Shown here: positions 44,753-54,897 of the stretch, piece after piece
Layout of the letters: the number at the start of each line of letters is the position of its first letter
How positions within the stretch are numbered: position 1 is the first letter of the stretch
Origin: a virus
Taxonomy: Duplodnaviria; Caudoviricetes
Reading direction: 5' to 3' (one strand)
Length of the DNA stretch: 64,000 nt
IMG/VR virus record: IMGVR_UViG_3300003375_000020
Span: 1-64,000 of that record
The notes under the pieces: generated by a model
What the model saw: the letters and a program-made list of their open reading frames with translations, nothing else
The model's database searches: none
Told to the model about the DNA's origin: nothing
Position numbers and translations under genes: made by a program

Positions 44753-46669
44753 ATGGCTCAATTCAACATTTCCAATCCAAATTATGGATTTAGTGGTACA
44801 TCATTAGCTGATGGAGGATATTCTCTTCATACACAACCTTCTGAAAAAACTGCTGATAATTTCGGTCGTCAAAAAGTAACTATACATCAAAATGTATATG
44901 AAGCTGATTTTGAATACGGATCCCAACCACTACGTTGGGAAGCTTTATTATATGGATCAGCTTCAATTCAACAAGTTCCAAGTTTAGGAGGTGTTGTAAT
45001 GCAAGTTGGTACAGGTTCTAATGATACTGCTATTCGACAATCTAGACCATATCATAGATATCAGCCAGGAAAGACAATGTATATGGCTGCAAATGCTAAC
45101 TTTGGTGGTCCTATTAATGGCAACTATCAAAGAGTTGGTTTTTTTGATGATTCAAATGGTGCATATTTTGAACAAGGTTTACCTTCTGTAAATAATCCAT
45201 ATGGAATGTATGCGTGTGTTAGATCTGATGCTAGTTTAACAGGTAGTTTACCAACATCAATTAAAATTCCTTTAAATCTATGGAATGGAGATCAATCTTA
45301 TATATCTACAATTAATTGGTTGAACGTTCAAATGATTTGGATTGAGTATGCATGGTATGGTGCAGGAACTATTAGATTTGGAGTTACAGCTAATAGTGAA
45401 CAATACATTTTACATACATACAACACTGCAAATATAGGTCAGGGGCCATGGTCAAGAACTGGTAATTTACCTGTTAGATATGAAGTAAGAAATAGTGGAT
45501 CTTTTTTATCAGCTAATACAATAGTTACATCGTCTTTTACAAATGGATCTTCTTTCCAATTATCAGGCTCAATTAGTGGAACATTTTTTACAACATCTAG
45601 TACTGGATTAGTTGCAAGTGGTAGTGTCCCTCCAAGATATTATGTTGCAACCGGATCATCTTTATACGCTACTTATCAAAATATAGCTACAGCAATCAAT
45701 GCGTCTTCATCTGCATTTGGAATAATAGCCTCTGCATCATCTACAACTCCATCATTATTATTATCAGCGAGTCTTCCTTTATCTAATAATGGAGCAGTTT
45801 CAGCTAGTTATGGATTAAATTTTTCTTATGTAACAGGAAGCGTATCTCAATCTTTTGTTGGTATTACAGCAGGTACCACATTTGTGCATTATGGAGTATC
45901 AGTAGTTGTAGAAGGCGGAAGAGATGCTCAAAGAGGTTTTACTTATGCTTATGGAATTAATCCACAACAGCCTAGAAGATTAGTAAATGCAGGAGCTTTT
46001 AGATTTCCAGTATTGTCTATTCAAAATAGACCTATGGGAACTCAAGAATACACTCAAGCTTCTGCAGCAATAACTTCAGCTACGACTTCAAGTATTACTG
46101 TTTCAGGTACTCCATGGACAAATAATCAATGGCTTGGAAAATCAATTTATTTTCCTACAGGATCACAAGTTGGACGTATATTAAGTAATACAAATAATAC
46201 TATTAATTTCGTAGATCAAGTTATAGGATTACCTATGACTCAATCTGCTCAAAGTGCAGGAAATGTTTATACAATAGGATTAATTAATAGAGGTCAAATT
46301 TTACCTTTAAACTTAGTAATTTCTTCTGACCAATTATGCGTAGTTGAATTAATAGCAAGTATACCTAATAATCCTATAATATTAACTGGATCATCTTTTG
46401 TTCCAATGAATACTTTAGGATCACCTAACTCATTCGTAACAAGAGATATATCAGCTACGCAATTAAATTCAGGATCTGGAGAAGTAGTATATGCGTTCGT
46501 ATCGCCTGCTGGTGGATCTGGATTACAAACAATTGATTTAAGTAATTTCTTCCCTTTATATAATACAATTAGAGGTAATTTACCTGATATTTTAACTGTA
46601 GCTGTTACAACTTCTACTACTGGTTCAAGTGTAGGAGCTCATTTAATTGGACAAGAAGCGATGTCTTAA
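44753..46669 (+). CDS. Putative virion structural / fibre protein with lectin-like beta-sandwich and S/T-rich insert
   Basis: RQSRPYHRYQPGK, GFFDDSNGAYFEQ and YAWYGAGTIRFG motifs; preceded by TATTTATT. Confidence 0.55.
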   Translation: MAQFNISNPNYGFSGTSLADGGYSLHTQPSEKTADNFGRQKVTIHQNVYEADFEYGSQPLRWEALLYGSASIQQVPSLGGVVMQVGTGSNDTAIRQSRPYHRYQPGKTMYMAANANFGGPINGNYQRVGFFDDSNGAYFEQGLPSVNNPYGMYACVRSDASLTGSLPTSIKIPLNLWNGDQSYISTINWLNVQMIWIEYAWYGAGTIRFGVTANSEQYILHTYNTANIGQGPWSRTGNLPVRYEVRNSGSFLSANTIVTSSFTNGSSFQLSGSISGTFFTTSSTGLVASGSVPPRYYVATGSSLYATYQNIATAINASSSAFGIIASASSTTPSLLLSASLPLSNNGAVSASYGLNFSYVTGSVSQSFVGITAGTTFVHYGVSVVVEGGRDAQRGFTYAYGINPQQPRRLVNAGAFRFPVLSIQNRPMGTQEYTQASAAITSATTSSITVSGTPWTNNQWLGKSIYFPTGSQVGRILSNTNNTINFVDQVIGLPMTQSAQSAGNVYTIGLINRGQILPLNLVISSDQLCVVELIASIPNNPIILTGSSFVPMNTLGSPNSFVTRDISATQLNSGSGEVVYAFVSPAGGSGLQTIDLSNFFPLYNTIRGNLPDILTVAVTTSTTGSSVGAHLIGQEAMS

Positions 46670-46699
46670 TCACATAGATTTTATATTTTATACTTTAAT

Positions 46700-46753
46700 A
46701 GGTATACCTTATATTAGTAGAATATCTACAATATTTGGTATACCTTTTTTTTA
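46700..46753 (+). terminator. Long-hairpin intrinsic terminator
   Basis: AGGTATACC..ATATT.GTAGA / TCTAC-AATAT..GGTATACCT followed by a T-run. Confidence 0.7.
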
Positions 46754-46767
46754 TTTAAATTTAAATT

Positions 46768-47028
46768 ATGCAACAAACAAGATCACAAGTAAGTGTATCC
46801 ATTGACAAAACAACACCAATAGTTTGTGAAGAATGTAAAAATCAAGCTTTTTCTGAAGCAGTAATGATTAGAAAAGTTAGTAAGTTTTTAATTCCAGGCG
46901 GCTCTGCTCAAGACGCTATATCTTCAATTCAAGTTTTTGTGTGCTCTAAATGTGGTCACCTTAATAAAGAATTACTACCACCAGAATTATCATCACAATT
47001 AAAAGTAGAAGCAGAAGATGGCAACTAG
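46768..47028 (+). CDS. Small Zn-ribbon protein
   Basis: CEEC...CSKCGH. Confidence 0.6.
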   Translation: MQQTRSQVSVSIDKTTPIVCEECKNQAFSEAVMIRKVSKFLIPGGSAQDAISSIQVFVCSKCGHLNKELLPPELSSQLKVEAEDGN

Positions 47029-47278
47029 AGATTTTGATGATAAAGTGATTGTTTATGATGAAAAAAATTCTAGAACTATTTTAAAAACTGATTCTATAGT
47101 TGATTCTATAGTTGATTCTTTTATCGATAGAGCTAAATTTGGAAAATTAAAATATAATACAGATTTAGATAGGTTAGATTTATCTTTATCAGATTGGCTA
47201 CAACACGCAATAGAGGAACACATGGATGCAATACTATACTTAAAAAAAATTAAGAGTATAGTAGATGGAAAAAAATAA
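47018..47278 (+). CDS. Conserved phage protein, MazG-like helical fold
   Basis: GKLKYNTDLDR.DL...WLQHAIEEHMDAILY. Confidence 0.55.
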   Translation: MATRDFDDKVIVYDEKNSRTILKTDSIVDSIVDSFIDRAKFGKLKYNTDLDRLDLSLSDWLQHAIEEHMDAILYLKKIKSIVDGKK

Positions 47279-47281
47279 GTT

Positions 47282-48181
47282 ATGGCAAAAAGGGAATCCA
47301 CTATAAATTATGCTTACCAAAAGTCTGTTTCGTATTCTCAGTATTCAATGTATAAACAGTGTAACTTTAGATGGTATTTAAACTATGTAAAGAAACAAAA
47401 AGTATTTAAACCAAGTATTCATACATTATTTGGTACTAGTTTCCATGAAACAATACAAGAATATTTAAGACTAATGTACGAAGAGTCTGTAAAAAAATCC
47501 GAAGAATTTGATTATGAAGCTTTCTTGAAAGAAAGAATGATAGTCAATTACTCAGAAGAAAAAGAAAAAAATAAGAGTGAACACTACGTAAGTAAAGAAG
47601 ATTTTATGGCCTTCATACAAGATGGTGTTAACATTCTTTCTTGGCTAAAAAAACATAGAAAAAAATATTTTACTACAAAGAGAGTAAAGCTAATTGGAAT
47701 CGAAATTCCAATGGAACAATATATTGTTGATGATATTCCAAATGTCATTATGCAAGGATATATAGACATTATTTTTTACGATGAAGATTTAAAGAAATAT
47801 AAAATTATTGATTTTAAAACAAGCACAGGTGGATGGAAAGATTCTGATAAAAAGGATGATCTAAAATTAAGTCAAATACTATTGTACAAGCATTTCTATT
47901 CAAGAGCTTTAAAAATAACTCCTGAAGAAGTCGATGTTTTATTCATGATAGTAAAAAGACGCCCATTTATTAGTGAAGAATTTCCAACTCACTGGGTTCA
48001 AGAAATTATACCCGCTCAAGGAAAATCAAAATTAAAAAAGTCTGTAGAAGAATTTGAATCTTTTGTTAGAGAGTGTTTTACTAAAGACGCAAAATATATA
48101 GACAAAGAGTACCAGAAAAATTTCAATGGATGTAAATGGTGTGAATTTAAAGATCGACCTGATCTTTGTTCAAAATCTTAA
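47282..48181 (+). CDS. PD-(D/E)XK (RecB/Cas4-like) nuclease
   Basis: SYSQ...C, GYIDII, IIDFKT, QILLYK and CKWCEF...C motifs. Confidence 0.85.
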   Translation: MAKRESTINYAYQKSVSYSQYSMYKQCNFRWYLNYVKKQKVFKPSIHTLFGTSFHETIQEYLRLMYEESVKKSEEFDYEAFLKERMIVNYSEEKEKNKSEHYVSKEDFMAFIQDGVNILSWLKKHRKKYFTTKRVKLIGIEIPMEQYIVDDIPNVIMQGYIDIIFYDEDLKKYKIIDFKTSTGGWKDSDKKDDLKLSQILLYKHFYSRALKITPEEVDVLFMIVKRRPFISEEFPTHWVQEIIPAQGKSKLKKSVEEFESFVRECFTKDAKYIDKEYQKNFNGCKWCEFKDRPDLCSKS

Positions 48182-48242
48182 ATTATTTTTATATATATAG
48201 ATATTTAACTTGTATATGTAGATATTTATAGAAAAGAATACG

Positions 48243-48461
48243 ATGACACAAAAACCAAAAAGATCTACAACGTCTCTGAAGATACCAGAGACTCTATACG
48301 AGGACTTCAAAGTAACCTGTATAAAATCTAAGATGAACTTACAAGAGGTGGTAGAAAGAGCTCTATATCTCTACATGACAGATGAGGCATTTAGAAAGAC
48401 AATATACAATCAAATAAACACACATTACACTGGATCAGAAAACCCAGGATTAGTAAAATAA
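48243..48461 (+). CDS. Ribbon-helix-helix DNA-binding protein
   Basis: TTSLKIPETLYEDFK...LQEVVERAL. Confidence 0.6.
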   Translation: MTQKPKRSTTSLKIPETLYEDFKVTCIKSKMNLQEVVERALYLYMTDEAFRKTIYNQINTHYTGSENPGLVK

Positions 48462-48474
48462 ATTAAAGCTCGTT

Positions 48475-49956
48475 ATGATAGAAGGTTATATACCACAAAA
48501 GGACAGAAAAAAAATTCTGTTATTATGCGATGATATTAGAATGACAAGTGGAATTTCCACTATGGCAAGAGAAATTGTAGTTAATACTGCGCACGTTTTT
48601 AATTGGGCAAATTTAGGCGGCGCAATCAATCACCCAGATCAAGGAAAAAGATTAGATATCTGTGAAGATACTAATAAAATATTAGGAATTAATGATGCTT
48701 ATGTGTTCGTTTATCCAATCAATGGTTATGGTAGTCAAGAATTGGTTAGAAATCTAATCGAAATAGAAAAGCCAGATGCATTGATGATGTTCACTGATCC
48801 AAGGTATTGGACATGGTTATTTCAAATGGAGAACGAGATTAGAAAAATGATTCCTATGATCTATTTAAATATCTGGGATGATTTACCTGCGCCACTATAT
48901 AATAAAGCATATTATGAATCATGCGATGCTTTGTTAGCAATTTCAAAACAAACTAAAAATATCAATGATCTTGTTTTAGGAGAAAAAGCAAAAGATAAAG
49001 TAATTAAGTACATTCCACACGGAATTAACGAAAAACATTTTTATCCCATCGATCCAGAATATATGTTAGAAGACTATTTAAAAGTTCAAGACATGAAAAA
49101 AGATCTTTTTAAAGGAAAAGAGTACGAGTTTGTTTTATTCTATAATGCAAGAAACATTAGAAGAAAATGTGTTTCTGATTTAATTGCTGCATGGTCACAT
49201 TTTTGTGATGAGATTGGAGAAGAAAATGCTGCTAAATGCGCTTTATTGTTGCACACTCAAGCTTTAGATGAAAATGGCACAGATTTACCTGCAGTGATAA
49301 ATTTACTTTGTTCAGAAGATCATAAGAACGTCATTATTAATGATAGTAGACTTCCAGTAGATCAAATGAATTTAATGTATAATCTTTCTGACGCGGTGGC
49401 TTTAATATCTTCTAATGAAGGTTGGGGATTGAGTTTAACAGAAGGCATGATGTGTGGAAAACCAATCATTGCTACTGTAACTGGTGGAATGCAAGATCAA
49501 ATGAGATTTGAAGATGAAGATGGAAATTGGTTTACGCCGTCAAAAGAAATTCCTTCTAATCATTTTGGTACCTATAAAAAACACGGCAAATGGGCATTCC
49601 CAGTATTTCCTAGCAATATGAGTTTGGTAGGATCAATTCCAACTCCTTACATTTGGGATGATAGAGCAGATTTTAGAGATATTACTATTCAAATTCAAGA
49701 AGTGTATGCATTAAAAACTGATCAACCTAAATATGGTTCCTTAACTAGAGGTTTTGAAACATATGAAGATGTCTGTAAAGCTGCTAGAGAATGGGTTACA
49801 TCAGATGAATCAATGATGAGTGCGCGATTAATGGCTAAAAATGTAATTGAAGGCATCAACGAAACTTTTGATAGATGTAAACCAAGAAATAAATTCGAAT
49901 TCAATAAAATAGAAGATTTAAAACCAAAAAGTATACCACACCCTTTAACATATTAA
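48475..49956 (+). CDS. GT4-family glycosyltransferase
   Basis: YIPHGIN, RNIRRK and NEGWGLSLTEGMMCGKPII motifs. Confidence 0.85.
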   Translation: MIEGYIPQKDRKKILLLCDDIRMTSGISTMAREIVVNTAHVFNWANLGGAINHPDQGKRLDICEDTNKILGINDAYVFVYPINGYGSQELVRNLIEIEKPDALMMFTDPRYWTWLFQMENEIRKMIPMIYLNIWDDLPAPLYNKAYYESCDALLAISKQTKNINDLVLGEKAKDKVIKYIPHGINEKHFYPIDPEYMLEDYLKVQDMKKDLFKGKEYEFVLFYNARNIRRKCVSDLIAAWSHFCDEIGEENAAKCALLLHTQALDENGTDLPAVINLLCSEDHKNVIINDSRLPVDQMNLMYNLSDAVALISSNEGWGLSLTEGMMCGKPIIATVTGGMQDQMRFEDEDGNWFTPSKEIPSNHFGTYKKHGKWAFPVFPSNMSLVGSIPTPYIWDDRADFRDITIQIQEVYALKTDQPKYGSLTRGFETYEDVCKAAREWVTSDESMMSARLMAKNVIEGINETFDRCKPRNKFEFNKIEDLKPKSIPHPLTY

Positions 49957-49962
49957 TAGTCT

Positions 49963-51270
49963 ATGAAGCAGTACGCAGTTATATCGTGTCCAATTGATAC
50001 ATACTCAGGATACGGAGCAAGAAGTAGAGATTTTGTAAAAGCTCTTTACGAATTAAAAAAAGATGAATGGGAAATTGAAATTTTGCCTCAAAGATGGGGA
50101 TCAACTCCATGGGGATATATAGCAGACAATAAAAATGAATGGGGATGGATGATTCCTTTATTTAATAACTCAGGACAAATGAAAAAACAACCTGATTTTT
50201 GGTGTCAAATTACTGTTCCCAACGAATTTCAACCTGTTGGAAAGTACAATTTAGGACTAACGGCTGGTATAGAAACAACTATTTGTCACGCTAGTTGGAT
50301 TGATGGAATCAATCGAATGAATTTAACTTTAGTGTCTTCTGAACATGCAAAAAATGTTTTTAAACAAACAACCTTTCAAGAAAAAAATCCTCAAGGTCAA
50401 ATAACAAGAGAGATTAAATTAGAAAAGCCAGTAGATGTATTATTTGAAGGCGCAGATTTAAACAAATACTTTTTTATAGAAGACGACGCAATAGAAGGTA
50501 CTGATTTAGTTTTAAAGCTAGACGAAATTAAAGAGAGTTTTTGTTATTTAGTCGTAGGTCATTGGTTACAGGGAGATTTAGGAGAAGATAGAAAAAATAT
50601 AGGGTTAACAATTAAAACATTCTTAGAAACTTTTAAGAATAAAAAGAATAAACCCGCTATGGTACTTAAGATCTCAAGTGGCGGCGCAAGTATAATGGAT
50701 AGAGAAGCAATTTTAGAAAAGATTGATTCAATTAGAAAATCAATTGATTCTAAAGATTTACCAAGTCTATATTTACTTCATGGAGAATTAGATGATCAAG
50801 ATATGAATTATCTTTATAATCATGGAAAAATTAAAGCCATGGTTAGTTTAACTAAAGGCGAAGGATTTGGTAGACCTTTATTAGAGTTCAGCTTATCAAA
50901 GAAACCTATTATAGCAACAGCATACTCAGGTCATACAGATTTTTTATTTATGGAATACACAGCAATGGTAGGAGGTCAAGTAACTCAAATTCATCCATCC
51001 GCAGTAGTAGAAAATATGTTAATTCCAGAATCAGGATGGTTTTCTGCTGATATTAAACAAGCAGAATTTTATCTTAGAGATGTTTTTGAAAAATATCCTA
51101 AATATGTAGAGAAAGCAAAACAACAAGCTCATAAATCAAAAACAATGTTTTCTTTTGAAGAAATGAAAAATAAATTAGGTTTATATCTAGATAAAGTTCC
51201 TAAACAAGTTGGATTAAAATTACCAACCTTAAAAAAGATAGAACTTCCCACAATTAAAAAAGACGAATAA
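49963..51270 (+). CDS. GT4-like glycosyltransferase
   Basis: TYSGYG; KGEGFGRPLLEFSLSKKPIIAT. Confidence 0.85.
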   Translation: MKQYAVISCPIDTYSGYGARSRDFVKALYELKKDEWEIEILPQRWGSTPWGYIADNKNEWGWMIPLFNNSGQMKKQPDFWCQITVPNEFQPVGKYNLGLTAGIETTICHASWIDGINRMNLTLVSSEHAKNVFKQTTFQEKNPQGQITREIKLEKPVDVLFEGADLNKYFFIEDDAIEGTDLVLKLDEIKESFCYLVVGHWLQGDLGEDRKNIGLTIKTFLETFKNKKNKPAMVLKISSGGASIMDREAILEKIDSIRKSIDSKDLPSLYLLHGELDDQDMNYLYNHGKIKAMVSLTKGEGFGRPLLEFSLSKKPIIATAYSGHTDFLFMEYTAMVGGQVTQIHPSAVVENMLIPESGWFSADIKQAEFYLRDVFEKYPKYVEKAKQQAHKSKTMFSFEEMKNKLGLYLDKVPKQVGLKLPTLKKIELPTIKKDE

Positions 51271-51722
51271 TGATAGACACTACTTTAATGCTATGTCCTC
51301 TTTGTAAACAAGATGAATGTTGCAACATAGAACCAATAAATGAATTTCATAACAAGTATTCTTGTATTGCGTGTGGATTTGAAACAACCGATTTAATGAG
51401 AGAAGGTGAGTTTGATTTTTTTGCTTATGAAGAAGATGATGCTTTTCCCATGTTATATAAAGATATTAAACAAACAGATGAAATTAAAAGAGTTTGGTAT
51501 CCAATGACAATAAACATCAAAGGCAAAGGTACTGTTTATCCATTTGGAAAATTTGCAGATGATTGGCAATGGAGAGCAACTAAAAGTATTAGGTTAACAG
51601 AAGAAGAATTAAAATTACCTAAATACAAAGGACAATCACATAAGTCTGATGCATCTTCTACTCAAGATTTTGGAAGAGATTTTTACGCTGCGTGTGATTA
51701 TATAAATTTATTTGATATATGA
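51270..51722 (+). CDS. Hypothetical protein with N-terminal Zn ribbon
   Basis: CPLC...CIACG. Confidence 0.5.
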   Translation: MIDTTLMLCPLCKQDECCNIEPINEFHNKYSCIACGFETTDLMREGEFDFFAYEEDDAFPMLYKDIKQTDEIKRVWYPMTINIKGKGTVYPFGKFADDWQWRATKSIRLTEEELKLPKYKGQSHKSDASSTQDFGRDFYAACDYINLFDI

Positions 51723-52345
51723 ATAGAGTAAGTATCAGTTATGCTATTACAGCATGTAATGAACACATAGAATTAAAAAGATTATTAGATCAATTATTAT
51801 CTTATATTGAGGATAATGATGAAATAGTTGTACAATTAGATACAACAGCTACAGATGAAGTTATATCTACGGTGAAAGAATATTTTGATAGGGTTACATT
51901 TACTCAATATTCTTTGAATAATGATTTTGCATCATTTAAAAATAATTTAAAATCTAATTGTTCAAAAGAGTATATTTTCTTTATCGACGCAGATGAGTAT
52001 TTATCAAGTTCATTAATATCTCACTTAAAAACTATTTTAACAGAAAATAGGCCAATAGAATGTGTACACGTTCCAAGAGTTAATACTGTAACTGGATTGA
52101 CCAAAGAACACATCGAAAAGTGGAGATGGAATGTAAATAAAAAAGGGTACATCAATTGGCCAGATTATCAGACAAGGATAATTAAAAATCAACCATCTCT
52201 AAAATGGGAAGGTAAAGTTCATGAAAGAATTTGTGGTTGTCAAATTTATACTTACTTACCAGATTCTGATGAAACATGGGCATTATATCATCCTAAAGAT
52301 ATTAAACGACAAGAAAAACAAAACAGTTTATACGATACAATATGA
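51719..52345 (+). CDS. GT2-family glycosyltransferase
   Basis: ISYAITACNE, FIDADE and WPDYQTRI motifs. Confidence 0.85.
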   Translation: MNRVSISYAITACNEHIELKRLLDQLLSYIEDNDEIVVQLDTTATDEVISTVKEYFDRVTFTQYSLNNDFASFKNNLKSNCSKEYIFFIDADEYLSSSLISHLKTILTENRPIECVHVPRVNTVTGLTKEHIEKWRWNVNKKGYINWPDYQTRIIKNQPSLKWEGKVHERICGCQIYTYLPDSDETWALYHPKDIKRQEKQNSLYDTI

Positions 52346-53325
52346 GTGAAAAAGTTGCGTTAATAACAGGAATAAATGGACAAGACGGATCTTATTTGAC
52401 TGAATATCTTATTGGCTTAGGGTATGAAGTTCATGGTACTTTAAAAAGAAATTCTGTCGCTGAAAATCAAACTTCAAGAATAGAAGATGATTATCCATAC
52501 ATTAAAAACAATTTGCACTATGCAGATATGACTGATCTTTCTTCTTTAATTAGAGTAATTAATAAAGTTGAACCAGACGAGATATATAATTTAGCAGCGC
52601 AGTCTCATGTTAGAATTTCTTTTGATCAACCTATATATACAGCTAACGCAACAGGTTTAGGTGTTCTAAACATGTTAGAAGCAATAAAAGAAATTAATCC
52701 TAAAATAAAATTGTATCAAGCTTCTTCATCTGAAATGTTTGGTAACTCAATAGATTCAGACGGATTTCAAAGAGAGACCACTCCAATGAATCCTGTATCA
52801 CCATATGGATGCGCTAAATTATTTGGTTATAACATAGCAAGAAATTATAGAAATTCTTATGGATTGTTCGTGTCTAATGGAATTTTATTTAATCATGAAT
52901 CTCCAAGAAGAGGTACTAATTTTGTAACAAATAAAGTTTGTAAAGAAGCTGCTAAAATTAAATATATATCGTCAAATAAATTACTATTAGGAAATTTAGA
53001 TGCCGCAAGAGATTGGGGCCACGCTAAGGATTATGTAAAAGCAATGCATATGATTTTACAGTTAGATCAACCAGACGATTTTGTATGTGCTACAGGAATT
53101 TCCCATACAGTAAGAGAATTATGTGAATTAGCATTTAATGAAATTGGATTAGATTATAGAAAATGGGTTGATATTGATGAAAAATTTCTAAGACCCGAAG
53201 AACTTAAATCTTTAAAAGGTGATGCTTCAAAATTAAAAGCCGCCACAGGATGGGAACCAAAATACGATTTTGAAAGTATGATAAAAGAAATGATCGATTA
53301 TTGGGTAAGAGAATATGCATTTTAA
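52342..53325 (+). CDS. gmd: GDP-mannose 4,6-dehydratase
   Basis: GINGQDGSY, NLAAQSHV, SSSEMFG and FNHESPRRG motifs. Confidence 0.95.
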   Translation: MSEKVALITGINGQDGSYLTEYLIGLGYEVHGTLKRNSVAENQTSRIEDDYPYIKNNLHYADMTDLSSLIRVINKVEPDEIYNLAAQSHVRISFDQPIYTANATGLGVLNMLEAIKEINPKIKLYQASSSEMFGNSIDSDGFQRETTPMNPVSPYGCAKLFGYNIARNYRNSYGLFVSNGILFNHESPRRGTNFVTNKVCKEAAKIKYISSNKLLLGNLDAARDWGHAKDYVKAMHMILQLDQPDDFVCATGISHTVRELCELAFNEIGLDYRKWVDIDEKFLRPEELKSLKGDASKLKAATGWEPKYDFESMIKEMIDYWVREYAF

Positions 53326-53326
53326 T

Positions 53327-54226
53327 ATGAAAAAATTAATTACTGGTGGAACTGGATTAATAGGATCTGCTTTTGAAGAAGGAGAAAAAGTTGGATCTAA
53401 ATATAATTTAGTTAGTTTATTTGATACTGGATTAATGTTTAGAGATTACAAACCAGACGTTGTAATTCACTGCGCGGCCAAAGTAGGTGGTGTAGGCGCA
53501 AATATGAATTATCCAGCAGAATTCTATTATAAAAATATTATGATGAATACAAACATCATAGATACGTGCTATAGAAGAGAAGTAAAAAAATTAGTTTGCT
53601 TTTTATCAACTTGTGTATTTCCAAATGATGTTGAATATCCTTTAGATGAAACTAAAATACATTTAGGAGAACCACATTTTACTAATGCTCCTTATGCTTA
53701 TGCTAAGAGAATGGCTGATGTACAAATTCAAGCTTACAATAAACAATATGATACCAAATATTTTTCTGTTATTCCTTGCAATGTTTATGGTCCAAACGAT
53801 AATTACAATTTAGATAACGGTCACGTTATACCAACATTAATTCACAAGTGTTATTTAGCGAAACAAAATAATACACCATTTGAAGTTTGGGGTGATGGAA
53901 CACCATTAAGAGAATTTATATTTTCTAAAGACGTTGCGAATATTGTGGATTTATTACTAGAAAAGTATGAGGGAACTGATCCTGTCATTATTTCTAATCC
54001 TACTGAGTATACTATCAAACAAGTTGTAGATCTTATTGTTGAGCATCTGGGCTTCGATGGAGAAGTAAAATGGTTAACTGATAAACCAAATGGACAATAT
54101 AGAAAACCTTCAAGCAATAAAAAATTATTAAGCATAATAGGTGAATATAATTTTACCACCCTAGAAATAGGTTTAAAAGAATCAATAGATTGGTTTATAT
54201 TAAATTATCCAAAGATTAGAAAATAA
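53327..54226 (+). CDS. fcl: GDP-L-fucose synthase
   Basis: HCAAKVGG, STCVFP, YAYAKR, NVYGPNDN and WGDGTPLREF motifs. Confidence 0.93.
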   Translation: MKKLITGGTGLIGSAFEEGEKVGSKYNLVSLFDTGLMFRDYKPDVVIHCAAKVGGVGANMNYPAEFYYKNIMMNTNIIDTCYRREVKKLVCFLSTCVFPNDVEYPLDETKIHLGEPHFTNAPYAYAKRMADVQIQAYNKQYDTKYFSVIPCNVYGPNDNYNLDNGHVIPTLIHKCYLAKQNNTPFEVWGDGTPLREFIFSKDVANIVDLLLEKYEGTDPVIISNPTEYTIKQVVDLIVEHLGFDGEVKWLTDKPNGQYRKPSSNKKLLSIIGEYNFTTLEIGLKESIDWFILNYPKIRK

Positions 54227-54897
54227 TGACTAGAGAATTGGTTATAGCAGCATACGATAATTATCTAGATTGGTTAGATAAAATAAATTCTAACATTAAA
54301 ATAACAGTATATAGAAAAGGAGATGAAGCATCTCAAAGAGACGCAGAAATTAAATTACCCGTAAATAAAGGAAGGTGCGTACATACATTTTTTAATCATC
54401 TATATTTAAATTATGATAATTTATCAGACATCACTTTCTTTGCACAAGATTATCCCTTTGATCATTGGCAAAATATAGTAGAAGTTATTAATAATAAAAC
54501 TGAAGATGAAGAATGTCAATTAAAAATAGGTGGGTATTATGGATTTCACTTTAATACCATAACAATACCAGGGCCTAAGGGAGGTAGAATGTGGAATTTA
54601 AAAAAATCAAATCAACATGGAAACGGAAATGTATTAATCTGTCAAAGTAATGGTCAACCACAAGACGCAAATCCTAATATAAATGTTGATAAGTATTGGT
54701 TTAAATTCTTTGAATCACTTCATCCACAAGAATATGAGTTTATGCCAGGAGGACATTTCGGAATTACTAAAGAACATGCTCAATTAAGATCTAAAGATTT
54801 TTATAAAAAAGTGTGTGATCTTTTATTAGAAGAAGAATCTGCTCCATGGAATATAGAAAGATTAGAATGTTACATATTTAACCCAAAAATAAAATGA
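54226..54897 (+). CDS. DUF3431-like protein
   Basis: LVIAAY, KGRCVHTFFNH and ITFFAQDYPFDH motifs. Confidence 0.6.
   Translation: MTRELVIAAYDNYLDWLDKINSNIKITVYRKGDEASQRDAEIKLPVNKGRCVHTFFNHLYLNYDNLSDITFFAQDYPFDHWQNIVEVINNKTEDEECQLKIGGYYGFHFNTITIPGPKGGRMWNLKKSNQHGNGNVLICQSNGQPQDANPNINVDKYWFKFFESLHPQEYEFMPGGHFGITKEHAQLRSKDFYKKVCDLLLEEESAPWNIERLECYIFNPKIK

Noticed and set aside
47282-48181. CRISPR-associated Cas4 / CRISPR array
   Set aside because: No repeat-spacer array or other cas genes in the window; treated as a generic phage PD-(D/E)XK nuclease.
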